From the NCBI GenBank assembly GCA_041736175.1, contig JBGSUI010000056.1:32001-96000 (forward strand): DNA of 64,000 nt, given 5' to 3'. The notes under the pieces are model-generated. The model worked only from the letters and a program-made list of their open reading frames with translations, was not told the DNA's origin and ran no database searches. How positions within the stretch are numbered: the stretch's first letter is position 1; each line of letters begins with the position of its first letter. This DNA is from Oligoflexales bacterium. Its GTDB lineage: Bacteria > Bdellovibrionota_B > Oligoflexia > Oligoflexales > CAIYRB01. Below are positions 30,368 through 40,413 of the stretch, in pieces. The translations under genes and the position numbers were made by a program.

Positions 30368-31444
30368 TCAGAGGGAGGGCTTAAACCAGCAGCGCGGTCT
30401 TGATCCCTGTTTTTGACCCCCATATTCTGAGCAAGCCTGAGTAGCTGACTGCAGTTCCGCCTCTCGATTATTCCGAGTTATATTATCGTGATGCCCGGGA
30501 ATGATTGACTCGTCCCAAGAAACTTGGCACAGGGCGCCTGCGATGAGCGTATCGAGGCGACATTGAAAACTAGGGTAATCCATTAGCGTCTTTTCGATCT
30601 GACTATCATCAATCCTGTCAAATGATACCGAAGAGAATAGCCCCGGCTTAGGCACCTCAGAGTAGAGATCGGGACGATCTTCTCTCCAGATATTTACGAA
30701 AACATCAATCAAATCCTTGGATGCAAGCAAAATTCGATAACAGAGATTTTGCTCATCCAATTCTTTAAATGTGGCGTCGCACTTGGCTTTGGCTGAAGGA
30801 GGTATATTATCGCGCATTTTAGCGTTTACGGCTTTTTGATGACTCCACATTTTTTTTGCGCAAATCTGGGCGGCGAAGTAATCAGATTGACCTTCATTGC
30901 TGGTCCAAAGTGGGTTGCGACTAGGTGTCCCTGCTTGATCCTCTTTAGCATATTTTTGCTCCGCCCAAGGAGATTGTGCAAAGGGAAATCCACCCATAAG
31001 GTGGCCTAATTCGTGACAAACAATAAGCGTATAGGCATCTTTCGTCATATCGGGTCGACGAGGGAATCCTCCTCCTAATCTTATATCCCAATTGCCGCTC
31101 ATTTTCTCAGCTTCTGCCTGCAGCTCGTTGCTTTCCCAATTTCTCTGTATATTGAGATCAGTATCTCCGAGTTTTTCAACAATTTTATAAAATAGCCCCC
31201 AGACATCCCAAATGACCTCTTCAAAATCAGACTTGGAAAGGCCACCTTCGCAATTCGTACAATTGGTTGGACTGGACGATCCCTCTGAAATTGAGAGAGC
31301 TCGATTGTCAGATGGGTGACGATGATCGGCTCTTCCGCACGAAATAATATTCATTGCGGTCAATAACAAAGCAAATACATTTGTTTGAACCGATTTTGCT
31401 TTGCTTAATTGCGATTTAAGGTGCCAATTCTTGAGTAAGACCAT
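30368..31444 (-). CDS. Putative secreted/lipoprotein zinc metalloprotease
   Basis: IIS-C lipobox-like; IVCHELGHLMGG HExxH; NEGQSDYFA third ligand; Cys-rich C-terminus ending RPRCWF. Confidence 0.75.
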   Translation of the reverse strand: MVLLKNWHLKSQLSKAKSVQTNVFALLLTAMNIISCGRADHRHPSDNRALSISEGSSSPTNCTNCEGGLSKSDFEEVIWDVWGLFYKIVEKLGDTDLNIQRNWESNELQAEAEKMSGNWDIRLGGGFPRRPDMTKDAYTLIVCHELGHLMGGFPFAQSPWAEQKYAKEDQAGTPSRNPLWTSNEGQSDYFAAQICAKKMWSHQKAVNAKMRDNIPPSAKAKCDATFKELDEQNLCYRILLASKDLIDVFVNIWREDRPDLYSEVPKPGLFSSVSFDRIDDSQIEKTLMDYPSFQCRLDTLIAGALCQVSWDESIIPGHHDNITRNNREAELQSATQACSEYGGQKQGSRPRCWFKPSL

Positions 31445-31960
31445 GGGAGCTATTTTTTCCTCTTCTTATAGATACATATCTTGATCAGAAGCACTCGCGG
31501 TAGGTTTGTCGACGACGGGTGTTGGAGATGGCTATTTACCTGTGAAGAACTGTTGGATCCAGAACACCCAACCATCGATAGGCCAATCCACGCTCAAATC
31601 ATTGAATTTTTTATTTTTTAACCTTTATATAAACTTGTGTTAAACACTAAAAAAACATTATATTAATTAATGTTTATTACTAAAATTTTCAATATAAAAA
31701 TTTATAAAATTAAAAGACAGCGAAATTATTTACGATTTTAGCAACATGAGAACCGGCGCTTTGCGGATACTGAGCTACCTTGGCGGAGTCATCGAGCCTT
31801 ACACCAAAGGCAAGCACCTTACAATCGACTCGGTGATACCCCAGCATTGTATTCAGCTTTCAGAATCTAGTGGATTAGGGTATTTTCATCCTTCTCAGAT
31901 GGCATAACTTGATCAAGAAAAAAATAGTGAATTTACGAATATCTAAAGAGGTAGTTTGGA

Positions 31961-32953
31961 GTGATGGACCAGAAAATCTCATTGTCAATGGAAGTGCACA
32001 ACATTTTAGGTTTAAACTTTGGATTTAAAGAGATCGCTTTCATCGGAGATGCAGGTGGGTTTTCTGCAGAAAATACTTTTCTTAGATGTGATGGAGTCGA
32101 CTATGTTCTTAAATGTTTCCGGAGTGATGACGAAATAAAAATCCAGCACATAGAAGCATCAGCAAAGCTGCTTTATGAAAATGGCTTGCAGGTGCCTCTT
32201 TATATAAAAAATCGGAATGGTCAAGGCTATTTTGAAGTTTGCGATAGATTTTATGGTCTACTATCAAGAGTTAGTGGCATGACTCGCCACGAACCTGATC
32301 TTGACGACGTTTCTTTGCAGGAAGCGGGTAGGTGTCTCGCCTCTATTCATAATATCACCAACTACAGCTTAATTGGTCGAAACCCAAGACCAACTCTTAT
32401 ATCAAATAAAATTTATCCGGAGTCCATTATTGAGGCGCTTGAAAATAGTCCTCTAAATGTCGCAGTTGATGCTCAGACTCGCAATCTTCTCAGAATCAAA
32501 GGTGATATAATTAAAAAATATCCTTCTCTCATTGAGCGGGGATTCTCGGCTAGAATCTCGCTGATCCATGGGGACTACCACAATCAGAATCTACTATTCA
32601 ATAAAGACGGTACAATCGCTGGTCTTATTGATTTTGAACTTGTAGACATCGGTAGTCCGCAACGTGACATTATGAGTTTTATCCATTTAGCGTGTTGTAA
32701 CACCGGATACCAACCAATGAATATCGAAAAAGTGAAGAGCTTTTTAAAAGGTTATCGCCAGTTAAGATCACTCGATCATAGTGACCTTAAAAACGGCATG
32801 TTTGATTGGATGGTACGGATGTCCCACTCGCTGTTTATTGAGTCTAAAGTTTACATGGAGGGGTGCACAGACCTCTCCATGTTAATCACTCGTGACGAAA
32901 AGAAACTCGGGTTTCTTTTGGAGAATGCCGAAGCTGTCGTAGTTCAGTTTTAA
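31961..32953 (+). CDS. APH/homoserine kinase type II-like phosphotransferase
   Basis: YVLK, LASIH, Brenner motif IHGDYHNQNLLF, LIDFE. Confidence 0.85.
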   Translation: MMDQKISLSMEVHNILGLNFGFKEIAFIGDAGGFSAENTFLRCDGVDYVLKCFRSDDEIKIQHIEASAKLLYENGLQVPLYIKNRNGQGYFEVCDRFYGLLSRVSGMTRHEPDLDDVSLQEAGRCLASIHNITNYSLIGRNPRPTLISNKIYPESIIEALENSPLNVAVDAQTRNLLRIKGDIIKKYPSLIERGFSARISLIHGDYHNQNLLFNKDGTIAGLIDFELVDIGSPQRDIMSFIHLACCNTGYQPMNIEKVKSFLKGYRQLRSLDHSDLKNGMFDWMVRMSHSLFIESKVYMEGCTDLSMLITRDEKKLGFLLENAEAVVVQF

Positions 32954-33115
32954 TTCCGAAGATCTTAAACCATGGACAAGCAAATTATTGTTAACGTTAC
33001 TAAAAATGGTTATCTCGACAAAGATGGGTCAATCGAGACAGTTCTTGCCGCGTCAAAAAGTCTCCATTCCAAAGTGCGTGCAAAACCGAGGGGGCTGGTG
33101 ACGTGTGGAGCGGAA

Positions 33116-33839
33116 TCAATAACCAGGTGAGATCCACTTCGGAAGCGATTTGGACCTATTATTTAATCGCTCGCCACCGACTAGCTTGGTTTCCCCGACA
33201 AACGTTCCGGAGCGATCGACCGATCCGTTGGTAAGGCTCCACACTGGATTGGCGTCCTTTCCAACGTAATTGATCTCGCCTGTCCAGTTGTTTAAAGTGA
33301 GCAGATATTTTCCCGAAGAGTAATATTTCGAGGTTACGTCAGCTCGCGTTGATTTCAAATTTTTTGAAACGAATTTTTCGTAAGTGATAGTTTTGTCTTT
33401 TAGGAGAACGGTCCCTGCCGAGTCCGTCACTAAATTGGCTACTGTTTTCGATAAATCTATGCAGCCGTCGTCGTTGCCGACATCGTTCTCATAAACAGCC
33501 TTGCATGGCCCTCCTTCCTCGGTGGAAAAGGTCGAAGATGTGGTCAAATGATACGATACCTTGTCTGCGATGGTCGTGAGTTTCTGTTTGGTTTTCACTT
33601 TTAAAATCAAATAAATATTGTCGCTGGTGGCACAGAGCGTGTTTTCCTCCGATCCGAGGACTTGATATGTTTTGCCATTGGCCGCGGAAAGATCGCTATT
33701 ATCACAGCTAAACGTCATGGAAAATTCATATTTGAACAAGGAGTAGCTCGTCAAATTGTCGCTGCAAGACTGGGTGTTTAGAGAACCTGACTTTACATAT
33801 TTTATGTAGTTTTTACCGGCTTCACCACATCTTAAGGAT
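33116..33839 (-). pseudogene. 5'-truncated hypothetical (probably extracytoplasmic, beta-rich) gene
   Basis: The frame stays open to about 33839 with no convincing start or RBS and abuts the 3' end of the GC-rich phosphoesterase gene. Confidence 0.5.
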
Positions 33840-33861
33840 TATTTTGTCATCGGCCCGATTT

Positions 33862-34656
33862 TCATCCGAAGTCAAACTCCCATACCCTATAAGCTGGCTT
33901 CCCGTAGTCCGGGCCGCACTCAAACCTGGTCGGGCCCTCGCACAGGCGGTGGCTGTGGCCATTGATGAAGATCCTCACTCTGTGCTGCTCGGTCAACATC
34001 TCTCCCACGCCTCGGCTCCACCCCCACGTCTCAAGCGGCACGAAGTCGGTGGGATCCTCGACGACCGGAAAGTGCGAGGCGAAGATGATATGGAGGTCCC
34101 CAGGACCGAGCTTGTCCAGGTTGTGGTAGAGGCTTTGTTGGGCCAAGCGCTGCAGGTACCGGTGTGTGTCGCCCTCAAGCCCAATGGGCAGAAAATTAAA
34201 GTCGTTGGTTGCCGGCGAGCCCGCAGCGTACCAACCCATGCATCCGACAATCGCCAGCCCGGGCAGGTGGTCGCTCCGCCACGGACCGTCCAGATCGAGG
34301 AAGTGAACTCCGCTTTCCGTCATGGCCTCTTGGATCTCCTCTAAGTTCCTAGCGAAGGTCTCCGCCCCGGGCCTCGTCCCGCGACGGCCTTTGCCGGGGA
34401 TATGGTCCGGCTCCCTCCACAGGTCGTGGTTGCCGGTCGTTGCCACGATCGCAATTCCCGGCTCAAAAATGCGACGCATCATCCTGAGCGTGGTGCGCAC
34501 CGCGCGGGCTCCGTTCGTCCCCCCGCAAAAATCCCCGAGGTGGAGAACCAGGTCGAACTTCTCCCCAGCCATGCGTGAAAACATTTTCTCCAACGCCCGT
34601 GGTGAGGTCAAAGTACCAATATGGGTGTCCGATGTCTGGGCTATTCTGATTTTCAC
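33862..34656 (-). CDS. Calcineurin-like metallophosphoesterase
   Basis: SDTH, LGD, GNHD, SHF and GHSH motifs; GTG start at 34656 after AGAAGGA; visibly more GC-rich than its neighbours. Confidence 0.9.
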   Translation of the reverse strand: MKIRIAQTSDTHIGTLTSPRALEKMFSRMAGEKFDLVLHLGDFCGGTNGARAVRTTLRMMRRIFEPGIAIVATTGNHDLWREPDHIPGKGRRGTRPGAETFARNLEEIQEAMTESGVHFLDLDGPWRSDHLPGLAIVGCMGWYAAGSPATNDFNFLPIGLEGDTHRYLQRLAQQSLYHNLDKLGPGDLHIIFASHFPVVEDPTDFVPLETWGWSRGVGEMLTEQHRVRIFINGHSHRLCEGPTRFECGPDYGKPAYRVWEFDFG

Positions 34657-34847
34657 GGTGGTTCCTTCTCTTGACGCGAGCAAGTCGGTCCATGTTGACC
34701 ACTTACATCAAAAAACGCTTTTCCGACCTTAGCATATTAGCTGACATTTTTCTTAGTCGACTAAGATCTCGCGTCCTATTCAGGTGTGAAGTTACCCTTT
34801 GCAGGAACTGATTCTGGTATCAAAAGTATACCGATACCGGTTCATTT

Positions 34848-34876
34848 TTGGAACTTTTAGATCCAGAAAGTTTCAA
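34848..34876. promoter_or_regulatory. Inverted repeat; candidate enhancer (UAS) for the sigma54 promoter
   Basis: TTGGAACTTT-N9-AAAGTTTCAA (one mismatch), centred about 90 bp upstream of the predicted +1. Confidence 0.4.
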
Positions 34877-34926
34877 ACTATTGGAGAATGTCAGGGATCA
34901 TAGCAGTAACACCGACTATTCCCATT

Positions 34927-34941
34927 TGGCACTCATTTTGC
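34927..34941 (+). promoter_or_regulatory. Sigma54 (RpoN) -24/-12 promoter of the toxin operon
   Basis: Exact TGGCAC-N5-TTGC consensus (TGGCACTCATTTTGC) oriented toward the operon. Confidence 0.8.
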
Positions 34942-35143
34942 TTTATGCCGACTTCACGGAGTCTTGGCGATTGGTTATCGATTCAAGCCGAGCTACCAAA
35001 CTCCACATGCATTAGACAGTTTTTTAGAGCCAGGAGGGCATTGTAATTATTTAAATGTTTATAGTGACCATGTGAGTCGAGATCGTTCGACGCTGGTTTA
35101 AACCGCGATTATTAACAATCTGAATTTTATATAGGATTTTATC

Positions 35144-35776
35144 ATGATGACACTTAGATTTATAATCATTGTAATTTTAGGTTTTATTCCTAGAGATCTC
35201 TGGGCATGTACCCAAAGAACCGACAGGTTTAGTACGACTATTACTACAGACCCATCAGATTGGGTTAACCGCTGGTCAACCTATTCCGGCAGAGATCATA
35301 CCGCTATGGCGCCTTTTACGCCCAGGTCATATTCCGGCTATAAAAGAGAACCGCGGGATGGATGCATTGTTTGGGGTCCATATGCACATACTTTCGGGCC
35401 GGCGACCTTATATGGTACTTTGTATTTTAAATTAAAGGTACACGGTTTAGATAAAAATGCATACGCTGTCAGAATGGATATATCTGCTGATAGCGGACGT
35501 AAAATTCTTGTGTCAAGAAATTTTTCTGTTGAAGACTTGAACCATCTTACACCGGAAATAGAGCAAAATATTTATACTGGACAACTTGGGGTCTATAGAA
35601 CCTATCAAACACTGATCTATGAATCCACTGCTCCTTTAAATGATATCGAAGTTCGTCTCTGCGATGTTAACCCCGAAAGAATACTTGTGGAGTTTGATGT
35701 TTATGAGTCTATTTTAACGCTCAATTATAACGCAGAATCTGCGACAGTTGTCGAGTCGGACTGTCATAAAGAATAA
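35144..35776 (+). CDS. Secreted beta-sandwich protein, possibly carbohydrate-binding (toxin operon gene A)
   Basis: Signal-peptide-like N-terminus; WGPY...FKLKV...VRMDI...KILVSRNF pattern resembles galactose-binding-like folds; AGGA RBS. Confidence 0.65.
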   Translation: MMTLRFIIIVILGFIPRDLWACTQRTDRFSTTITTDPSDWVNRWSTYSGRDHTAMAPFTPRSYSGYKREPRDGCIVWGPYAHTFGPATLYGTLYFKLKVHGLDKNAYAVRMDISADSGRKILVSRNFSVEDLNHLTPEIEQNIYTGQLGVYRTYQTLIYESTAPLNDIEVRLCDVNPERILVEFDVYESILTLNYNAESATVVESDCHKE

Positions 35777-35835
35777 CTTCTAAAGGTCAATTTTTTAAAA
35801 ATTTATCACCAATTTACTAAGGATCAAAATAAGAA

Positions 35836-36788
35836 ATGAGCTTCAAAATCATAAAAAAATTAATAGTTACCCTCAATTTTGGCCTGGCTAGTTCAGCCTT
35901 TGCCAATTTTCCACTAAACGTCATGCATTGTCCTGCATCGGGATCCAGTTCAATGGTCATAGGATGTCAGGTTACTCCAGGAAATCTTTTATCTCATCCC
36001 GCTTATGAAACAGAAGGAGATTCTGTTGAATATCGTATCAAATATGATTTTACCCGCTCACCGGGGTTTGGTCCTGATACCCTCGACGTTCGAGTCGTTT
36101 CGGGGGATGTCTCGAAACGTCTCAATTTTGGTGAAATCGGGGAGATTTCGATAAATGGACAGAGACCACTCGACATTGCGGATTTTGATGAGGTGGGAAC
36201 AAAAGGGTCTTTGCTAAACCCTAACTGCAAACTTGAAATCCAAAGCGTCGCAGTCAAGCCGACGGATGACCAAATTAAAAAATGGAATAGCAAAAAGGCT
36301 GAAATGGTAGATCAATTGGCTCAAAATAAAAGTCTGCTGAGGCATTCGGCGAGCTTGTCATAATTTATCCTGGATATTTCTTTATGAAGGAACTTTCAGA
36401 AGAATTTAATGAAAAACTATCAGGTGAAAAGTTACAAAACATTCGTAAACGAGCAGCAGAGCATAAAGCTTTGTTAACTAAAATAATGACTAGAGGAATG
36501 ACTCTAGGGTTAAAGGTGGAGGAAGTTTCTGCTGTTGCAAACCTTCAAATCACTCTGGCTACTTTAGGTAGCACGGATGATTGGGTTAACCTAGATGGTT
36601 CGGCAAAATCTCTAGCAGATTGGCTTAGCTCAGAAGATCAGAAAATTCTTGAGACATTGGGATCTAAAGCAAATGAGGCCACACTAGAAGGCTATAAAAA
36701 TGATTACACTATGTTTACGGATTTAGCTTTAAGAGAAGAGGTCAGCATCAAAAAAATGGACGAAATCCTCCAAAGGGTCTCGAACTAA
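35836..36788 (+). pseudogene. Secreted beta-domain plus coiled-coil protein split by a 1-bp frameshift (toxin operon gene B; ORFs 35836-36363 and 36384-36788)
   Basis: Signal peptide ending SSAFA. One extra A in the run at 36328-36331 joins both ORFs into about 317 aa (...QNKKSAEAFGELVIIYPGYFFMKELSEE...). The second ORF lacks an RBS. Confidence 0.7.
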
Positions 36789-36817
36789 ACTCTTTAACAA
36801 AAAAAGGCTGATTCAAC

Positions 36818-38284
36818 ATGAAGCAACTGATGACTCTGTTTGGATTGATAAGCTTTTATCTGTTTGCGCTACCGAATGCATATGGCCAACATATCTACTC
36901 TATAGGGCAAATGAAGAGAAGTGATTGTCAAGGGAATCCTTTAGAAGTCACCAAGGATTGGGAGAAAAGAGCATGCGCCTCCTTTAGTGTCAAGGATACC
37001 TACGTCTGTGGGATGGCCTGGGTCCGCGAAAAATTAACGGAACAACGGTGCTTTTTTATGATGGTCGAACAACCATGTTACGACCCTAACACTGATAGGT
37101 CTTTCCTTAGATACTACGACGCTCTCAAAGAATTCGTCATGAATCCCGAAACCGATCGACGTACCCGTGTCACGACCTTAGCCTTTCTAAAACAGGCGCT
37201 TAAATCTATTGATGATCGACAAAAACAGGAGCTTGATAGGACCGCTAACGCAGCACTTAAGGAAATGCTCATAAAAAAATCTGGAGTTGATGAATCTAGA
37301 AGGATTCTAGCGAGTGAGTCGGAGGCTGCTCAAAAACTAGACGCTTTGGTGGCTCGATACCGGCAAGAACTCATCAAACTGACCGCTGATTTTACTTCCT
37401 TGAGATCCAAGGATCATGGAACCTACAAATCTGTTTTAGAGGCACTCCAGCGCATCCACGCCCATAGCGAATTGTCGAAAAGGGCGAGTCTTGATGACCT
37501 TTTAAAATACTCGATTGAAGTTGATGATTACTATCGCCAGTTAGAATCTGGCCTCTCCCTTCAGATGTTTCAACTAAGAATCCTATTAAATCGCATAAAG
37601 ATCCTCGATGATTTAACGAGCGGAAGAGGATTCCTGGCCCAAGAAATGGATGAAGCCAACAAAATGGCATCTAAACATAATTTACCATCACCTAAAGGGA
37701 CCCCACTTCTTACAAAAGAAGTGGAGAAATTATTAGCCCACTATCAAGAGGCATCAGCAAAAGCTGCGAAATTTGTCGAGACTTATCGCAAACAAGTAGA
37801 TATGAGGACGAATCTATTGATCCTCCAAAAAGCAGACCGAGACACTCGTTTGCGCAAGTCTCAAAGCCAAGATCTATCTTCATCGACAATGTTTTTAAAG
37901 GAGATACATGACCTTACCAAAAAAATGTGGGGTCTAGTTCCCGAGGATGGCTCCATCCCACTGTTTAGCGAGCAATACAATACACTAACCCTTATCCTCT
38001 CCAAAGAGTCGCTATGTAAGTCCTCTGATAAAGGGAAACTCCCTTGGATTCAAACCGGCTGCAACTTTTTGCAAGGGGAGATTGCTTCCATTAAGAGCTA
38101 CCAAACCGAAACCTTACCTGTTATGATAGGTGCATATATGAACTATTTTAATGCAAAAGATCATAACCTTATCCAAAAACAGATCGAACTTGTGAATCAA
38201 AAACTCAGCGAAGGAAATCTGGGGCAAGCTATAGAGATCTATGACTCGCTGGCAAGCGTCCAAAACAAGGAGCGAGCTCCATGA
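36818..38284 (+). CDS. Secreted Cys-rich plus long alpha-helical/coiled-coil protein (toxin operon gene C)
   Basis: Signal peptide ending NAYG; five Cys in the N-terminal domain, heptad-like helical body; ATGA overlap with the toxin gene. Confidence 0.75.
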   Translation: MKQLMTLFGLISFYLFALPNAYGQHIYSIGQMKRSDCQGNPLEVTKDWEKRACASFSVKDTYVCGMAWVREKLTEQRCFFMMVEQPCYDPNTDRSFLRYYDALKEFVMNPETDRRTRVTTLAFLKQALKSIDDRQKQELDRTANAALKEMLIKKSGVDESRRILASESEAAQKLDALVARYRQELIKLTADFTSLRSKDHGTYKSVLEALQRIHAHSELSKRASLDDLLKYSIEVDDYYRQLESGLSLQMFQLRILLNRIKILDDLTSGRGFLAQEMDEANKMASKHNLPSPKGTPLLTKEVEKLLAHYQEASAKAAKFVETYRKQVDMRTNLLILQKADRDTRLRKSQSQDLSSSTMFLKEIHDLTKKMWGLVPEDGSIPLFSEQYNTLTLILSKESLCKSSDKGKLPWIQTGCNFLQGEIASIKSYQTETLPVMIGAYMNYFNAKDHNLIQKQIELVNQKLSEGNLGQAIEIYDSLASVQNKERAP

Positions 38285-40413
38285 AATCCTTTAACTTTAT
38301 TGCAATCATTTTGAGCCTCTTTTTTGCGAACGTTTCCTACGGCGAGGCAACCTATTGTCTTTACATAGAGTCGCATTTCTTTGAAGATTCAGTCGATAAA
38401 CCTGATTTTAAAGAAAACACAGATTTTATTTCTGTCAACGAGAATCCCATCTCTTTCAACAATGAGCCCTTTGACTCTCGGCTCATGGATGGCTTAGCAA
38501 AAGGCTGCTTTTCTGAAAAAATCCTTAAGGATGGACTTAATGAGTTTAATTTTGGCATCCAATCAAGGATCGTTATAAACTTTGTTCATCAGCGCTTCAA
38601 AGTGTATATGGAGGGTCCTAGCAGAGGGCGCTTCGACCTCTTTAACATCACGGCCAAGGGAACTAGAGAAGATAAAGCATCATACTCTGGATCGACCACG
38701 CTTCAGTTGAGTTTTGCCAGTCTCAATCCCGAGCTTGATTATGCACAGAGGGGGTTAATCACCGATGTGGATATCAATAGGGCAAAAATCGATATCACAA
38801 ATCGCGATATCGAATCGGCTCGCAAGATTCTAAGTGAGCTACTCAACAAAAAATTTGAAGATATTGTACCTGAAGACTTCACTCGATTCGATAAAAACAT
38901 GCTTGTCCAGCTTTTGTCTGATCTCAGAAAAGACAAGGCACAGTTAAACGCAGATATTGAGGCCAAAATTCAAAAGATTCGTCAGGATGTTTTGGATCTA
39001 AGCAACTATGCTCAAAGTGAACTGGAAAAATCCAGTGGCTCAGAGGGGGATATCAACCGAGCATTAGATACGATAGACCTTCCAGATTTAGAATTACCGG
39101 CTCTTGACGACGAAATCCCACCCTTCGACGAAGCGAAAAGCCAGTACGCCCAATACGCTACGGAGATCCTCCAAAAGCTAGATGCAGCTAAAGCCTCGAA
39201 TAATCGTCAATATTTCCTGGAATTGGTATGGGTATGGGCGCGAGAACAAGCTTCTCTAGATCTGCTCCTTTCGGCTCGTCCAGGTGTTCTTCCTGCTGAA
39301 TATGCCTCGTTTATGGCGGCGCAAAAACGTGTCTATGACTACGTCTATACAGTCGTTGACCATCGCTTTTATTTTCTAGACGTCCCTATTCCAGAAGATC
39401 TTAAGGACGGTATCGAACAGGAAATGAACGAATTTTCTCCGCAGTTGGCCAAAAGCCTTAAAGCCACCCTGAATGAATCTGGATCACGGCTTAACAGCGA
39501 AGACTCTGCGACGATCATCGAGATGTTTCGAGCCATTAGACTTTTTTACAGGATCGCTCGGGAGGAGGAAGACCAAAAGGTTAAGAAAGCCCTTGTGCAA
39601 GAAGCCGACGAGAGAACCCAGGAGCTAATCAGTATCCTCAGAATGGGGCTATCCTTCACCCCTGCAGACCCCATCTTCGGATTTTGCGAGATGATCACCG
39701 GAAAAGAAGGTTGTCTGGCCCGGGGAAGGGACCTCTCAGAGGTAGAAATGGTCATAGCTTGTGCTCCCTTTTTCCTAAAGGGTCTTGGCAAAGTGGTTGC
39801 CATGGGGTCTAAAAGGTTTGGGGGGTATTTTAAGGTTGAGAGGGTTGCGGAGAAAGGGGACAAGCTTTTTGACTCTGCGAAGCGAATTGGGATAACGACA
39901 TCGACAGAGTTAAAAGTTTTTGGCCAAACTCTGAAAAAATATAAAATAGATTTTTCAAAATTCCCTGATGGGATCGGATTCAGATCAGATCTAAAACAGC
40001 ACTTAAGCATATTTGATGGCTTCACTCAAAAGGTCGGGATCAAAGGTGCCCATAATTCTGAGGCTTTCGCCAAAGCTATAACTGACAATGGAGCTAGGAT
40101 TAGTAAAACTACAGAGCACGCATCGATCCCTGGAATAAAAGTTGTTGAATATGAAGTACCAAAATTGGATGCTGCCCTAAGACCGACTGGCGAGTTTAAA
40201 ACTGGCTTTAAGAAAACAATCTATGACCCAAACATCATTTCTGATACTGAGATACTCCAGCTCGGGCAAATTGCTGCCGCGACTGGATATGAAAAAGCAA
40301 TTTCGGAAGGGTCCAGAAGCTTCGTTGAAAAAATCGGCGGAATAGATTTTCAAGTATTTCTTGAAAATGATGCTGTATCAAATGTATTTCCAATAATAGA
40401 AGGCATTTTATGA
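38281..40413 (+). CDS. Polymorphic toxin: signal peptide, helical carrier, pre-toxin-TG-like segment, C-terminal bacterial EndoU RNase
   Basis: Signal peptide ending VSYG; LSFTPADPIFGFCEMITGKE...DLSEVE resembles PT-TG; tip QHL-x-GIKGAHN...KTIYDP...NVFP matches EndoU-type CdiA-CT His/His/Lys motifs. Confidence 0.85.
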   Translation: MKSFNFIAIILSLFFANVSYGEATYCLYIESHFFEDSVDKPDFKENTDFISVNENPISFNNEPFDSRLMDGLAKGCFSEKILKDGLNEFNFGIQSRIVINFVHQRFKVYMEGPSRGRFDLFNITAKGTREDKASYSGSTTLQLSFASLNPELDYAQRGLITDVDINRAKIDITNRDIESARKILSELLNKKFEDIVPEDFTRFDKNMLVQLLSDLRKDKAQLNADIEAKIQKIRQDVLDLSNYAQSELEKSSGSEGDINRALDTIDLPDLELPALDDEIPPFDEAKSQYAQYATEILQKLDAAKASNNRQYFLELVWVWAREQASLDLLLSARPGVLPAEYASFMAAQKRVYDYVYTVVDHRFYFLDVPIPEDLKDGIEQEMNEFSPQLAKSLKATLNESGSRLNSEDSATIIEMFRAIRLFYRIAREEEDQKVKKALVQEADERTQELISILRMGLSFTPADPIFGFCEMITGKEGCLARGRDLSEVEMVIACAPFFLKGLGKVVAMGSKRFGGYFKVERVAEKGDKLFDSAKRIGITTSTELKVFGQTLKKYKIDFSKFPDGIGFRSDLKQHLSIFDGFTQKVGIKGAHNSEAFAKAITDNGARISKTTEHASIPGIKVVEYEVPKLDAALRPTGEFKTGFKKTIYDPNIISDTEILQLGQIAAATGYEKAISEGSRSFVEKIGGIDFQVFLENDAVSNVFPIIEGIL

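Noticed and set aside
30344..30368. CTGGACGGAGGGAGGGTGTCGA as a degenerate second att copy of the tRNA-Ser 3' end
   Set aside because: The position is tempting (edge of the accessory block), but identity to TGGCGGAGAGACAGGGATTCGA is too low to support.
31747..31912. Short ORF starting MRTGALRIL as a tyrosine-recombinase remnant
   Set aside because: Resemblance is limited to a few residues; no other catalytic motifs.
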